DNA of 64,000 nt, taken from contig OZ249445.1 in NCBI GenBank assembly GCA_965235115.1, positions 8,060,001-8,124,000 on the forward strand, read 5' to 3'. This document shows positions 40,001-52,900 of this stretch, one piece after another; the stretch's first letter is position 1, and each line of letters opens with the position of its first letter. The notes under the pieces were generated by a model. That model was not told where the DNA came from and ran no database searches. It saw only the letters and a program-made list of their open reading frames with translations. The position numbers and the translations under genes were made by a program. Source of the stretch: Laetmonice hystrix. Lineage: Eukaryota.

Positions 40001-40365
40001 TTCCCATTCCCATCAGTGTTAAACTTCTTTTCTTTTCATGGCAGAACAGTTGTTGTGATAATGCTCTGTTCCTAAAGATCATTGATACAGTTGCAAAAAA
40101 TCTGGAGCATTGTGAATCATACACTATAGTGTTTTAAAAAGTATATTGTAGGAATACAGAAACACTTTTATACTCTTATGCTAATGGATATACATGTATC
40201 TTCTTTTCTATGTTTCAGATCTGTCATAGCAAAAGTGGTGATATCAATTCAGCAAAGATACGCACTCTTGTAGGCGCTTACGTAGAAAAGGTGCGAAAGA
40301 TGCGTAAATACATTGCTAAGAAGTCGGTTGGAAGCAAGGCTAATGGGCGTAAGATGAAAAAATAG
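31011..40365 (+). CDS. PHRF1: PHD and RING finger domain-containing protein 1
   Basis: Exons 31011-31218, 31810-32090, 32322-32405, 32796-32923, 33203-33285, ~33466-33690, ~33870-34104, ~34265-34461, ~34786-34929, ~35262-35382, 35576-38969, 39865-39993, 40219-40365. RING (CPVCL...[11 protein letters not shown]...NTCPVDR), PHD ([26 protein letters not shown]...WFCPGC), acidic/RS-rich middle region, C-terminal SRI-type domain ([15 protein letters not shown]...[15 protein letters not shown]). Confidence 0.93.
35001..35119. mobile_element. Near-perfect 119-bp palindromic MITE (CAGGGCCC...GGGCCCTG) in PHRF1 intron
   Basis: Loopless hairpin with one mismatch and one homopolymer length difference. 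Confidence 0.8.
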
Positions 40366-43300
40366 CACATCGCTTTGGGCTACAGAATCAGGAGACTTTG
40401 TCTGCTCGTGTCAATGTGATTGGATCCAAGGGTAGAGTGTCTCATTCAAAGTAAATTATACAAAGTGTCTGCGACACCCAGGGATTTTTCTGGGCAACTA
40501 TTTGCTGTGGCATTACGTTGTACACGTGTCATGAAGTTTGCCATTATGAACTTAAAATTTGATGTGAACTAGCCATGAAATTCATGAAATAGAGGGAGAA
40601 TTAATTCTTAGAACTCTGAATGAATTATGGCGATAAGACAAGACTTGTGTGGCGATACAGGGGTGCTTACGACTCGCCTACCAGCTATGATCCACAAGCA
40701 GCCTGGACTTATCTCATGTGATTTTCTAATGGAGCTTCGGTGGAAAAAGACGCTGATCAATATCATGAAAAATTGGTAATCTGAACTGTTAGAAAAAACT
40801 CTATACATAATGTGTGTGGATATGTGTATGAATGCATCAGAGCAATGAGACAGTGAATCACGGTGACCCGTTCCGTGACAATAATTATTGTAGATTATAC
40901 TGAGAGTTTTTATAGGAGAACTTTTAGAGAGCAGAATATCCCTGAGACAGGCTGTAGAAGGGGAGGGACGGTGAGGGGGGGGGGGGGGGGGGGCTCCATT
41001 CTGTCGGGTTGTAATTTAGGAGAGCGAGGATGTTGTAAGTATCGAGGTGCACGGTTCGTCTGTGAGGAGGGGGAGGACCCTTTCTCTCCGAAATTCGGTG
41101 CATATGTAGAACACGTCCGGAGAGTTAGCCATAGATCTGAAGACTATTTTCTAAGAATCATGAATTTTCCCGAGAACGAAGAATTTGTTGTTAGAGGAGT
41201 TTGCCCAGTTAGATATACGAGGTCTGCCGCTCTTGTGTTGATCTAGATTAAACACATTTTCGACTTTCAGATGCCTCGGAATTTGTAAGTCGGTGTTATA
41301 CCGAGCACTCTTAGACAATTCAAAGCCTAGTTCCTCTGAAATTACTTTGAATTGATTTGTCATTCATTAGCAGTGTGTAGTTAGAAAAAAGAATGCAGTT
41401 AGGCCCATGATAGGTTTGGACTATGTGACATTGAAGTGGATTCATACAATGATTGCTTTAGTCAGCACGTGAGTTCCGTCAGACGGAGGTCGATGAATGC
41501 TAAAGCTGGGATGACTCAAGTCGACGCAGACGTCCGTCAGATTGCAAGACAGTGATTGCAGATGTTAGGGCATTGGTCTTTGACCCTGTACCGTCTACCG
41601 AATGAAAATTTCATGTTTCACGGTCGATTGTTAACATGATTAGTGTTAGAGGAGGAGGAGACGCACTTGTTAACGGCGATCCAGACAGAAGCTTTCCTTT
41701 TGTCAAAAAGTCGGGTTTCCATGGCAACAGACGCTTTCAATTGTCTCAGATGAAAACGCAGACATCAGCAAGGGGCGAATCTTGACGGTTTGCCCTAGCA
41801 GCATTCTATCCTACACCTCATGAGTTACCGAGTATCCTTGGACTTCTCCATTTTTACATATCTGTCTGGTAATAAGGGAATGGCACCGAACTACCCGTTC
41901 TCTATTTATGTGTGGCGTTTTTACATGTACTAAATGTGATAAAAGTAATTGAATTTATTTGTGCCAAGATTGTGTGATTTATTTCCTTATTTAGCCTTGA
42001 TAAGTAATACTTCCACCCCCCCCCCCCCCTCCGTTATTGACGGCCCATTGAGTCACCCCGCGTGTCACCAGCTGACAGAGACAGCACCATGTAGGGCTTG
42101 TGCAAGTGTCTCCAGGTGTTGCATTTAGCACAGCCGTTGATAGCAGTTCGCACACATACCAGTCCTCACCCGGACTCGGTACTTTGATGTACTGTTTCAA
42201 AAACAATATACTGTACCTTTGTAGTCTTCAGTGGTTTCAGAATCCAGAAAATCATATAGTTGTGTATGCTAGACTGCTTCTGTATAATGTACAAAGGGTT
42301 TTCTCTCTCTTTTTTGTACAGGAGTGTGACTTTGTAGTCCAAACAAAAAATAATAAATACAAATATGAAAGTGCAAGAGCCTTTGAGTCATTGTGAAAAC
42401 TTGAGCACACGCTTTCCGAAAAATCCAATCCTGGATACGCCACTGTGATAGTATTTAGGCTGCTTAATTTTTTCATTGCCTCAGTCGGGCAAGTTGTATA
42501 GTCCATACGGTAGGGGGCACCACTATACGGACGGTGCATTTTGGATGTGCCATGGCGGTTATCCCCCATGGTTACTTCCAGACAAATTTTTGGGTAGTGG
42601 TTAGTGGCTACAGTCAGAGATAGGATACGGATATGTCTTTGGGAGTTGTTAGGGACAAGGTCAGGGCTATGGATCTTTACTTCTGACCAAATTCCGTGGG
42701 GTTTAAGTTACCATGGGGGATGTAAACCAGACTAACCCTCCTTGGCTGTAGGCTAAGGCTATGATAGGCCTAATACAAAAATGTACTGGGCGAGTGCTTT
42801 ATAAGTTGTCATTCCATCAAAGATCTTCCACACGATGGATGTGGAAGAGCTCTGATTGCATTGAGAGGTGGCGGTACATGCCCTGCTGCAGATCTGTAGG
42901 CCTAGATCTATAGCTTTTTACGACGAGTACGACCCCGATCTGTGCCCAAATCACTTGGAAACTATTGGAGGAGAATTAGATCAGTTATGCCTGTTACGTG
43001 TAGGCCTACAGGTGAATGTATGGCGTTAGGGACAGATTGAAAGTATGCCGGAATGGGTAATGACGTAGGACCCCCCCCCCCCCCCACCGCCAATGTAGGC
43101 TAATGGAAAGAAAGCGGACAGGCCCTACTTGTGCTGACCCACAAGTGTCGCCACAGTCCAGTTGTTCTCATTGGAAACGGTACACAATAAACGTCAACAA
43201 CTCCCGCACGCTGAATCCTCAATTGATCGATTTGTAAAATTATTTCTAAATAACGCAGTTGACTTTCCTTTTTTTTAATGAAGATGCATCAAGTACAGTC

Positions 43301-43899
43301 ACAATCAAATTGTGCCGAGCGTAGACCTATAGCATCAAAATCCTGGATCCCCCACTGTAATATGCGTTCATTGTAAAATTATGAGGATATCATGTTATGC
43401 CTAAATTTAGAAACCTCATAATTATGAAATCTACCATAGTCCATGATCACTTCTTCCTTGAAAGCTATATTTTGGTCTATAAAAACCCAATGTGCATAGG
43501 CCTACTCATAGTAGGCTACTCGGCCTATGTAAAATTGTTTGGACTAACTCAATAGAAACTGGTGTTAGGTTGCATTGACTATCTCTTCATTAATTCATGG
43601 AGCAAGCAGGCGGCCGCTTGAGTCCTATTATTATACATGGCCATGCATCCACAAAACCTGACCATGCACGTCAGCGCTATCGACAATTACATAGCTCCCT
43701 GGTGACATCCACATGGCTCATTGTGGGCGCTCAATGACTACGTTCAATACCTCTAACTTGAACACACATGGCACCGGGAAAACTACGCCATATACTACAG
43801 CCGTAATCACAAGGCGTTATTACTGTTAATCAGGCTTTCGTTGTTCCCATGAGAACCTATTAACAAATTAGATATTTTTGTACATCTTAATACGGTGCT

Positions 43900-46057
43900 A
43901 TGAAGGTCATATCTCTAGTCGGAGCACTCATGTCCCTGCCCCTGCTGCCGCCAGGAATCCTCTCTCAAACTGGTAGGTTAATTGGTTTGTGTGGGGATTT
44001 CGACAATTTTCGTGCTTTCTTTGGAACATTTAACTTAACTTTCCGCTCTAAATTATCCGTTTCTAAAGTGACATGTGTGTATTCAGATATATTATGCTGT
44101 AACTGGAGAGCATTCAGGTAAATTAGTAGCCCATGTGGGGCGTTTTAGCTGGTGCCGGTTTATTATCGCAAATTGGTGACCTTATTGTTATCGCACTATT
44201 TGAGACAACATTTAACAAAATGTCTCCACCTACCTACATTTCTTTGAGATAAAGTGTTTGGTGGAGCGAAAGAAAAGATCATTCAACGTTTAAAATATTT
44301 GCAGTGAAGCAAGCACTGTGTGGATTTACGTGGTTTGTTTAAATTGCAGATTCTAGCCTAAGTGTCAGATGTATTAAAGATAAAGATGTAGGGGACAGAT
44401 TCGATTTCAACATCTACTACTGCACTGAGGATACAAAACCAGAATGCTGTGAAGTGGACAGCAAATTCACATGTTGTGAGACTCAAATATCTAACACAGT
44501 GTAAGCATTACATAAGCATTCCTTTACATAATATACAAGATTGAACAATTGAAACGTTATAACGTTGCATTGATTAGCCGGGGGTTCGAGGGGTTCGGAC
44601 AATCCCCCTTCCTTTTGCGAGGCACTATAAAATTAACCCCCGTCCAATCAACTGTTCAAGCTGCTCTCAGGTGCAGAGTTCAAGCCTGTGTGTCTATATG
44701 CGGCTATGGCCCAGGCCCAAAAATATATCAAGCCGGCCTCAAGTCGCTGGATGGGACGCTTCATGATTTCATCCATGGCAGGTCGACCCCCCCCCCCCCC
44801 TGGAAAAAACAATAGGCCTAGAGCTATAGCGGCGGAACAGAAAATGTATTGAATAGGTTGTTCATGCATCGGTGCACTTAGGCTACCGTATTTATAAACG
44901 TCTGGGCCTGTTGATCAGTCAGGTGTACAGTCACACGATAATAATTGTCTATATAATGTGGACAGAAGACATTCTGTCTGGATACCGCTCATGATATATG
45001 AGCAAAGGTTGGAAATTATAGCCTATAGCTGGCAGAGGAGAGAGGGGAGGTATGTATTCGACCTGATATGGAATTCGGCCAGGCAGGCTGCAGTGTGAGA
45101 CGGTTAGACCTAGGCCTACATTATGAAATTATTATTTTTGGATAAAGCAGTGTTTTGGTTCATGTAACTTGAGTGAAACCTTTGTATAGTCTATAGCTGT
45201 TTGTTGTGTGTCTGCAGGAAAGAGCAGGCCACCCTGTGGGGGTCGCTAGGGGGTGTGATTGGTGTGGTGGCCATCCTCTGTCTCTGTTATCACAAGGACG
45301 GCCGCTGGTGTACCGACGGCACGTGGCGCCCCCTATATCCGTCGTGCAAGTATGCCTACGTCCTCACTCTCCTTCCTCTTTCGAATTATTAGATCTTTAC
45401 GTCAAGAACACTGCGACAGATTAAAAAACAATAACCCAACGTTACAAAATGGGGTAGATCAGTTTTAAAAACGCCACTCCCATATTGGGGATCCGCGTAG
45501 ACACTCTATATTTTAAAAGATGAGAAATATCTATAGGCTTAACCTGGACAATGACAATGCATTTATTCAGATCTAATATTATTATTATAAATTTCTATAA
45601 ATTTCCTATATAAATTTCGCTCTATAGAGCGAAATTTATAGGCGATGCGTTGAGAGGAGAGGATTATCATTCGGTTGAAAGGTCCAGTCTAATGCCAATC
45701 AGCAGATAACACATCTGTGGATGACCTGTAAATTATTGAGGCCTATTATCCTCTTGATTTTCTAGGTGTTGTCGTAGAAGCGAGACACACAAAGCCGTAC
45801 TGGCGGGCGATGGTAGCGGGTCAGACGACATTTCTTTGACGGGTATCTATAACCTCCGAGATGGCGGGATTGACCTTCACCAAGAGGTCGACTCGGGTCG
45901 CGGCAGCGCATGCTCCGTGCGTTCCTCACCTGTTGCCTCACGGGAGCCATCTAACCTGCGTCCCACGACATCTGGGTCCGAGCAGGCAGGGTGGCGCCCC
46001 CTACCACCATCGGCCAGCTCCACCCGCTCCGGCACGTTGGTCTCGACAACTGCGTAG
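43900..46057 (+). CDS. Single-pass type I membrane protein, Shisa-like/STMC6 (WBP1/VOPP1/TMEM92-like) six-cysteine family, 215 aa
   Basis: Four phase-compatible exons 43900-43972, 44350-44500, 45218-45349, 45766-46057 (648 nt). Signal peptide MKVISLVGALMSLPLLPPGILS; ectodomain C-x16-C-x7-CC-x7-CC; TM LWGSLGGVIGVVAILCLCY; juxtamembrane cysteine cluster; Ser/Arg-rich tail. Confidence 0.8.
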
Positions 46058-46234
46058 TGTCGAGTAGCGTAGTATCTTCTGTGGATCCCCACCGTAACCT
46101 GGGTCAGGTCGTGAACCAGGATGAGATAAGGAGGAGGGAGGAGCTAGTGGGCCTGGCGCATCCACTCTGCACTATAGATCTAGCACTATACCCTCACCCC
46201 CTTCATCTGAGTGATTGGTCTGGATATATTCATC

Positions 46235-46529
46235 CAGGGTTTCCGCCAGATAGTAAAATGGGTAAAATTCAGTACCCTAAAATTTTTTCAGGGTACAGAT
46301 CCTTACCCTCAAAATCATTGGGTAACCATTTTGCCATGACGCGATAAAAACCTCCTGATGATGCCCTGAGCAATATAGAGCAACAAGGAATCAAATATAA
46401 TGTTGTACAGTATAATGCAGTCTTTATTTGATTAATTCACATATTTGTAACAGCAGTTAGGGTTAGAGTTAGGCTAACCCTATAACCTTCTCCGGTCCGT
46501 ACCCTAATTTTTTTCTGGCGGAAACCCTG
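46235..46529. mobile_element. hAT-like MITE (CAGGGTTTCCGCCAG termini)
   Basis: 15-bp perfect TIRs; TCATC present on both flanks. Confidence 0.7.
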
Positions 46530-49500
46530 TCATCTAAAACACGTGTTTTGAGACATCTCAAAATTAAAGTAAGCTATTCATTACATGACTCATTATGTCC
46601 GGCCCCGACCTGCTTTTTAGACCGTGGCTCCGCCTTTAAACGGTGGCTCCGCCTTTAAACAGAAAATTGTTAGGTAATAATGCTATGTTTCTCTTCACAG
46701 CGCGATTAATAGCATTATATGGGCCTATAGTGTTCTAAAAGGGGCAGATAGCGGGCAGGCGTGCGGGGCGTTTTTTCGTCAACTGGGGTAGGCCATATCG
46801 GGGAGAAATTTCCGCTCATCTAGTTTTATTTTATGTAGGGAAGTGTCAGGTTTTAAGTGCGCACTCGGAGTTCAGTCTTATGGTTGGCTAATCAAGTAGG
46901 CCTAAAACGAAATCTCAAGCCAGCACGCACGAGTGTATAGCTAGTTTTTTTTTGGATAGGAGGGGGGGGGGGGGTGCGAGGGGCGGGGATCGACCTGGAT
47001 GGAAAGCATAGCATGGCACGGCTCTGATCATCTTTCTTAATTGTGTAGGACTACATACATAACCTCTAATGAACGAAACCTCTCTGACCAAAGGTAACAT
47101 TCTACATTTAAAAAAAACCGCAACCTTCCCGATACAGCGTCCGCCACTGGCGCATATCGGTCACCTTGAACATGATGTACGACCAAGGCGGTAGGACAGC
47201 CATGCAATTGGGTTATAGGTTACCAACAACTTACTATCAGCACCAAGAATTTTTATTCTACCGGTGAACGTTGCCTATAATGCATGACGGTTTTACTCGG
47301 GTACCATATTGGGCTATAATATTATGTATAAAAATAAATACTAGTAATAATAAAGAACAAACAAAACAAAACGATATAGTGTATTATCTATATCTTTCTG
47401 CTTCAATATACATGCAGGGATACATTGTCTCCCTATATTATTATAATGCCCTGTACCACGAAATAGACTTGCACCACTTTCCACACCAGCGGCGGGGGCA
47501 AGAAGGCACTGGGCCTGATCGTTCTTTAACAAAAATATGCACTTCATGAATTGCTATCCTCCATAAGTAATGCTATATTAACACCGAATCAGAATACTGG
47601 AAATACATGTCCTATAAATGGTTATATTGCAAAGCCTGCCTGTTGTTTTACCATGAAAACGTATGGAATGAAACCTTTTTCAATTTGTCCAAGTATAGAG
47701 AAAGTTGCGAGAAGTATAGGGCGATAGTTGTGAACCCTGACCTGAAAAAGAGAATTCGGGCACGGGAGTGCACTGCGTGAGGTGAGGGTGACGACCGAAC
47801 CCCGCCGTTATGGGGTATTTTATCGCAGGTCGTATAGCTCTATTATGACAAACTAGAGGGCGGAGGTAAATATAGGCTAACCACACGAGACCTGCGCTAG
47901 CTGTATGCGTATGTGCTGTTGTCATGCTTCGCCAATCAACAAGTTGAGATGAAACTAAGTGACACTTGGTGATATCAAGTGGCCGCGGTGTGTCAGTCGG
48001 CCTACTCAAGCAGACACGCAGAATTACGTGGCTAATAATTGTTCGGGATTTGAATTCCGAATACATGGTTTCGGCTACAGTCTACACGGGTGCGGAAAGT
48101 ATCAAGGTAAGTTGAGCATCCCACCGCAGTTTTAGCCAAGCCTTGGCGTTTTTTCAATAATAGACATGAAGTTCAGATACGTAAGTTACGTAAGGTCTCA
48201 GGATGGAACGGAACGTGATTCAGAGCATTTCCACTATGGCCGTATTCAAGAACGTATTAATTTTCTCCGTAACTACGTCCGCTGGCCAAGCATAGATTAA
48301 GCATGACTACCAACCTTAAATCTAGGCTAGACAGTATATAAGTAAAGCCATTCTTGGGATGAACTTCACAAAATGATCTTGCATATGGCCAATTGTGTTT
48401 AAAGAAGAAAAACCAGGTCGTCAATGGAAGAAAAAAAGGGACAAAAGAAAAGAGGACAAATTAAAGAAAATCAGTAATTGAAAAGAGCGGGGGACCAGTC
48501 TACATTGAGGAGAAAAAAGTGCCCGTATAGAAAGAGAAGAGCTTTCCTTGTCAATTCCCACTCTTTGGAAAGCTGGTTGTTCTAGCTTTTGAACGAGGAA
48601 AGTTGGCCGTGGGCGACAAAACCCTGTTGATAATATTATACACAGGCACATCGCTCGTCATGGAAAGTTGTCAAGAAAAATTGAAGGGCTTAGAACCAGA
48701 GTGGTCTAATCCAAAAAAAATGAAAATTAGAGATTGGATCCTAATTTGAGAGATGTTGATCATATCTATCAGTTCCAGAATGGTCTAACCCAAGTCAATC
48801 ATACTTAACTGAAAACGAGGCCAGTAAGATTATGGGACTTCATTTTTATATTGAACCCATGATTGGAATACTTTTACTAACTGGTTAACTGACTGGTTAC
48901 TAGCGTAGAAACTCCACAGTAACACCTCCTTAACTTCTATTAAAGATACCGGTTCCCAGTCATTTGTATATAGCATGTACATTCCATAAATTACGGTATT
49001 TGGCCTTTTTCTCATGCTCCCACGCTCGGGGTTGAACCGCTTCCAGTGATTCCCGCCAGCCCTCACGTGCCCGCCGATTCTCAGAAGCGCGTACTTCGCA
49101 GCGCCATCTGTTTTCCACCTACTTTCAGTACCCGCAAGCACCAATCAGATTACAGCACTGCCTGAGGCGCGATTCATAAAAATTAGCATGCATTTCTGGT
49201 TAGCCAATATAGGAACGTCCCCAGTATAAAGTTATTGTTGTCGAAGCAATAATATATTATATGGTGAAACCAACGATAGCAGCAACGGTTGGCGTTTAAT
49301 CCTGACACTATAGTGACAGTGGGAGGAACAACTTTGAGTTGACAGGGCTGCAAGAAAACACACCATAACTATAACCCTATCGGGACCTATAACCCACGGA
49401 CACGGCAGAAGCCGAGACCGACAGCCAGCGCCGAGCTGGCCGGTGTTTGGGTGCATTTGGATGCGAAGGGACGATGCTGAAATCAGGGGAGCTAAACTTT

Positions 49501-49926
49501 GGAATATCGCGTGTTAAACCGTATCAAGTCAGAGTGCTACAAACTGTATTGTTAGGGAGGGGCACATTTGTTTATCAGTGAACTGAGCAAGGCTATCAGG
49601 CATTTTTGCGAGACCTAATTAAGCCTTCGCTTCAGTGAAGACCATTTAGGTTACCTCGTTTAGTGTGGGTGGTGAGTCTATGACGACGATGCTAGGTCCT
49701 ATCAATATTCATAAGGTTGATCTCAAGGTCAACTTCTGGCCGTTTAGCCTGGGCTAAGCTCAAGGGGTAGAATGCGGGATGCGCGATGCCCCTTGACAAC
49801 TCAAGATGCCTTTTTCTATACAGAGACCCATTTTACTTGAAATTACATATAATGTTGTAATTCTATCCATTGTATTATCAAGCGTCACATTTCGACAAAG
49901 AAGGAGGACAACTTGGCTTGGTCATC

Positions 49927-52900
49927 ATGGCTGACTTGCAGACGGAGTTAGAAAGATTTGCAAGCCTCGCTGCAAATATCGACGTTTTCTTCCTGATCAT
50001 AAACGCTACGGTCATCTACTGTAAGTATATTAATGTATACTATCATTCTGGCAAACATCGGCGGTTTCTCTTCGGTAATGCCTCTAACATGTATCAAAAT
50101 GACACTGTTTGATAGTCGAACGCAACGGCATAGTCAGGCGCCAAGCGTGGTGGACACCTTTCTGGTCTAACTGTTTGACAGAGAAGCAGGAGGTGAGGGC
50201 AAGGGTGAGTAACCTCCCGCTATGCCGCTGATGGTGTTCTTCAACCCGCAACCAATAATTTATGGCAAGCCGTTTTAACATATATTCCGGAATTTGTGGT
50301 ATTTCTAATTCATTTCGTTATATATATATATATATATATATATCACTAATTCATATAAAAAGCGATATCTCCAATTCAGTTTTTGATATCTGCAATTTTA
50401 TTTCTGATATCTCCAATTCATTTAGCCATATATGTTAATACGGCTTGCCATAATAAATTTAATTGTCGGTTTGACATGTCGTGTCAAGATCTTCAGCCAC
50501 AGAAGCAATGGTCGCTAAATTGTTAAGGAATTCGCCCTCGTTATCACGGCATTCATAAGGAGCATACATCAATGATCACATAGGTCTTGTTACCACAAAA
50601 CAACTGCCCAGTCCAGGCCCACAGCATCAGTCGGTAGGCCCTACACTGTCATAACGAGTGCTCCAGAAAATGGCGACAATCAATTGCCTCCCCAATTCCG
50701 GAAAAACAAGAGTTAATACAGTTACACAACAAGTCCTGCTTTGTCAGACATGTTTCCTGTAGACAAACTATATATGACTTCAGAAAACGTGTTCTACAAC
50801 AATTCTGTAGGTTCTGTCCGCTCCAGTTTGGCATATCTTCAAGCCTGGACAGTTGCTTCTTACAACAACCCAAAATGTTGGCAGTGCATATTTTGTTGTT
50901 TGGTGTATCTAACAAGATACTTGGAATACCTGTAGGAACAATATATTCACAGAGAGCAATTATTATTAGGTGCTTCATCTCCTGAATGAGTTCAAATTAG
51001 TGATTACCATTCCAGCGGCTAGTAATCATTATTTGTCAGTTTAGACCTGGATCTAGACACAGGGTTATAGGACGAGATCTAGATTTGAAAGGGGACGTAC
51101 GTCTCGGGTGCTCGATCGTCTGATGTGCTGTTGGTGGTGCACTACACTAGGAGTTCTCAAGTTATTATCATTTCCGCCCCTACAAAAAATAAATTTTGGA
51201 AATTTAGCAAGTCAGCCTTAATCTTAACCTTAATCCCACAAAGCCTCTCTGAGTTGGATGCGGCACTGGCCCGAGCTTGCAAGCTCGTTCATCACACTAC
51301 AGCTCACTGGTCCCAGTGTCTGCTGTGGAGAAGCTTACCAGCGATGATGGTAAATCAACACTCCCCGCCCACAGCCAGCCCATTCTCACCAAGACCATTG
51401 AATGCAACACAGCTCCACTTTGTCGTGTGAGTTTAATGTAGGCCATGTGGAACCCTGGTAAAGGGCCCTATAGCATTGTCCAAGCGCTATACCGAGTAAC
51501 AAGCTGGGATGGGGTATACATGTAGGTTGACGGTACATGTAGCCACAGGGCCATGTGTGCATAAACTCGGTAACATAGGTTCTAACACTCAATGCGTTTA
51601 CTCCCAAAACTCTTTATACCAATTATAAACTTTACAGGATGTGCTGATAGGAGGTTATGTATGTGAAGTATTAATGTTAAGACAGTTACAAAACATACCG
51701 GCTTCAGCTTTTCCTGTTGTTGCAGGCACAGATCCAGGATTTTTTTTTAAAAGGCACAGAGTTTTTAAGAGTAGGAATTCATTAAAACTAATCGCAATTC
51801 TTACTTGAAATAACGAAAACCTTATTTGAACCAAATGATCATAATTCATTCAATCAGCCAGATAATGTAACAAGGTCACATTATAATGCCGCGGTTTTTT
51901 AATTGAAAAAAAAAATCAAAAAAATCCGGGGAACTGAAGGGCGCGTGCCCCCTGTGCCCCCTGGATCAGTGCCTGTGTTGTTTGCGGGGGGGGGGGGGGG
52001 AGGGTGAAGGACTTTGGAGAAGGGTAGCCTAGAGGCTATGATAGGTATATTACTATATTCCTTTTAAACATTCCAGTTATGCAATGTGGCTTTGCTATCC
52101 TGGAATGCGGCGCCGTCCGATCGAAGAATGCTACGAACATTCTCATCAAAAATATGCTTGATTCCCGTAAGTATGAAAGGTGATTTAAATAAACAATTAA
52201 CATGTTTTCATTTTAAGTACATGGAGTCAGTAGAATACATACCTCCACAGGTAGAATTACTATACTAAGTTATACTTTTACAATGGACCTAAAACAGGGA
52301 TGGTAAGGCTGATAAGGGCATCATAAGTTAGGCAGGTTTACTCAAGTAACCGAGCAACTTTATTCTCGCAATATCCGGCCTCTACTTATACATTGTACTG
52401 TTTGTTTTGCAGGTTAACTTTTATTGCCGACCTATATCAACTGAAAAATCATTCTTATTTCCTAAACTTTAAGATGACTTATTTTTACAATAAAACAATA
52501 CTATTCAGAATTGGCTTATTTATTTGACAGTCATAGGAGCCATATGTTACTGGCTCATTGGATATGCGTTGGCGTTCGGGAAGGGAAATGCGTTCTGCGG
52601 GGACCGTTACTGGGCGTCGTCGGGCGGTTTCGATGACTTCGCTCACGTATTCTTCCATTACACGTTCGCCGTCACCGCCTCCACCATTGTGTCGGGCTCT
52701 GTCGCCGAGAGATGCAACTTCTCGGCATACATAATCTACAGTACCGTCTTCACCGGTCAGTGAATCATCAATAGGTCAGGATCCGCGCCTGATGAGATAA
52801 CTATACTAGGCATGTATACTATGTGGCATTGGTCACAACAGGGCCCAGTTTATTAACGATAAGCAGACCAACCCACTCAGAAGCGATAAGATTAAACTTA

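Noticed and set aside
47680-49500. GC-richer segments with short ORFs upstream of Amt
   Set aside because: No spliceable coding model; they look like promoter/regulatory or repeat-derived sequence (CCAAT and CGCCAT motifs) but cannot be assigned.
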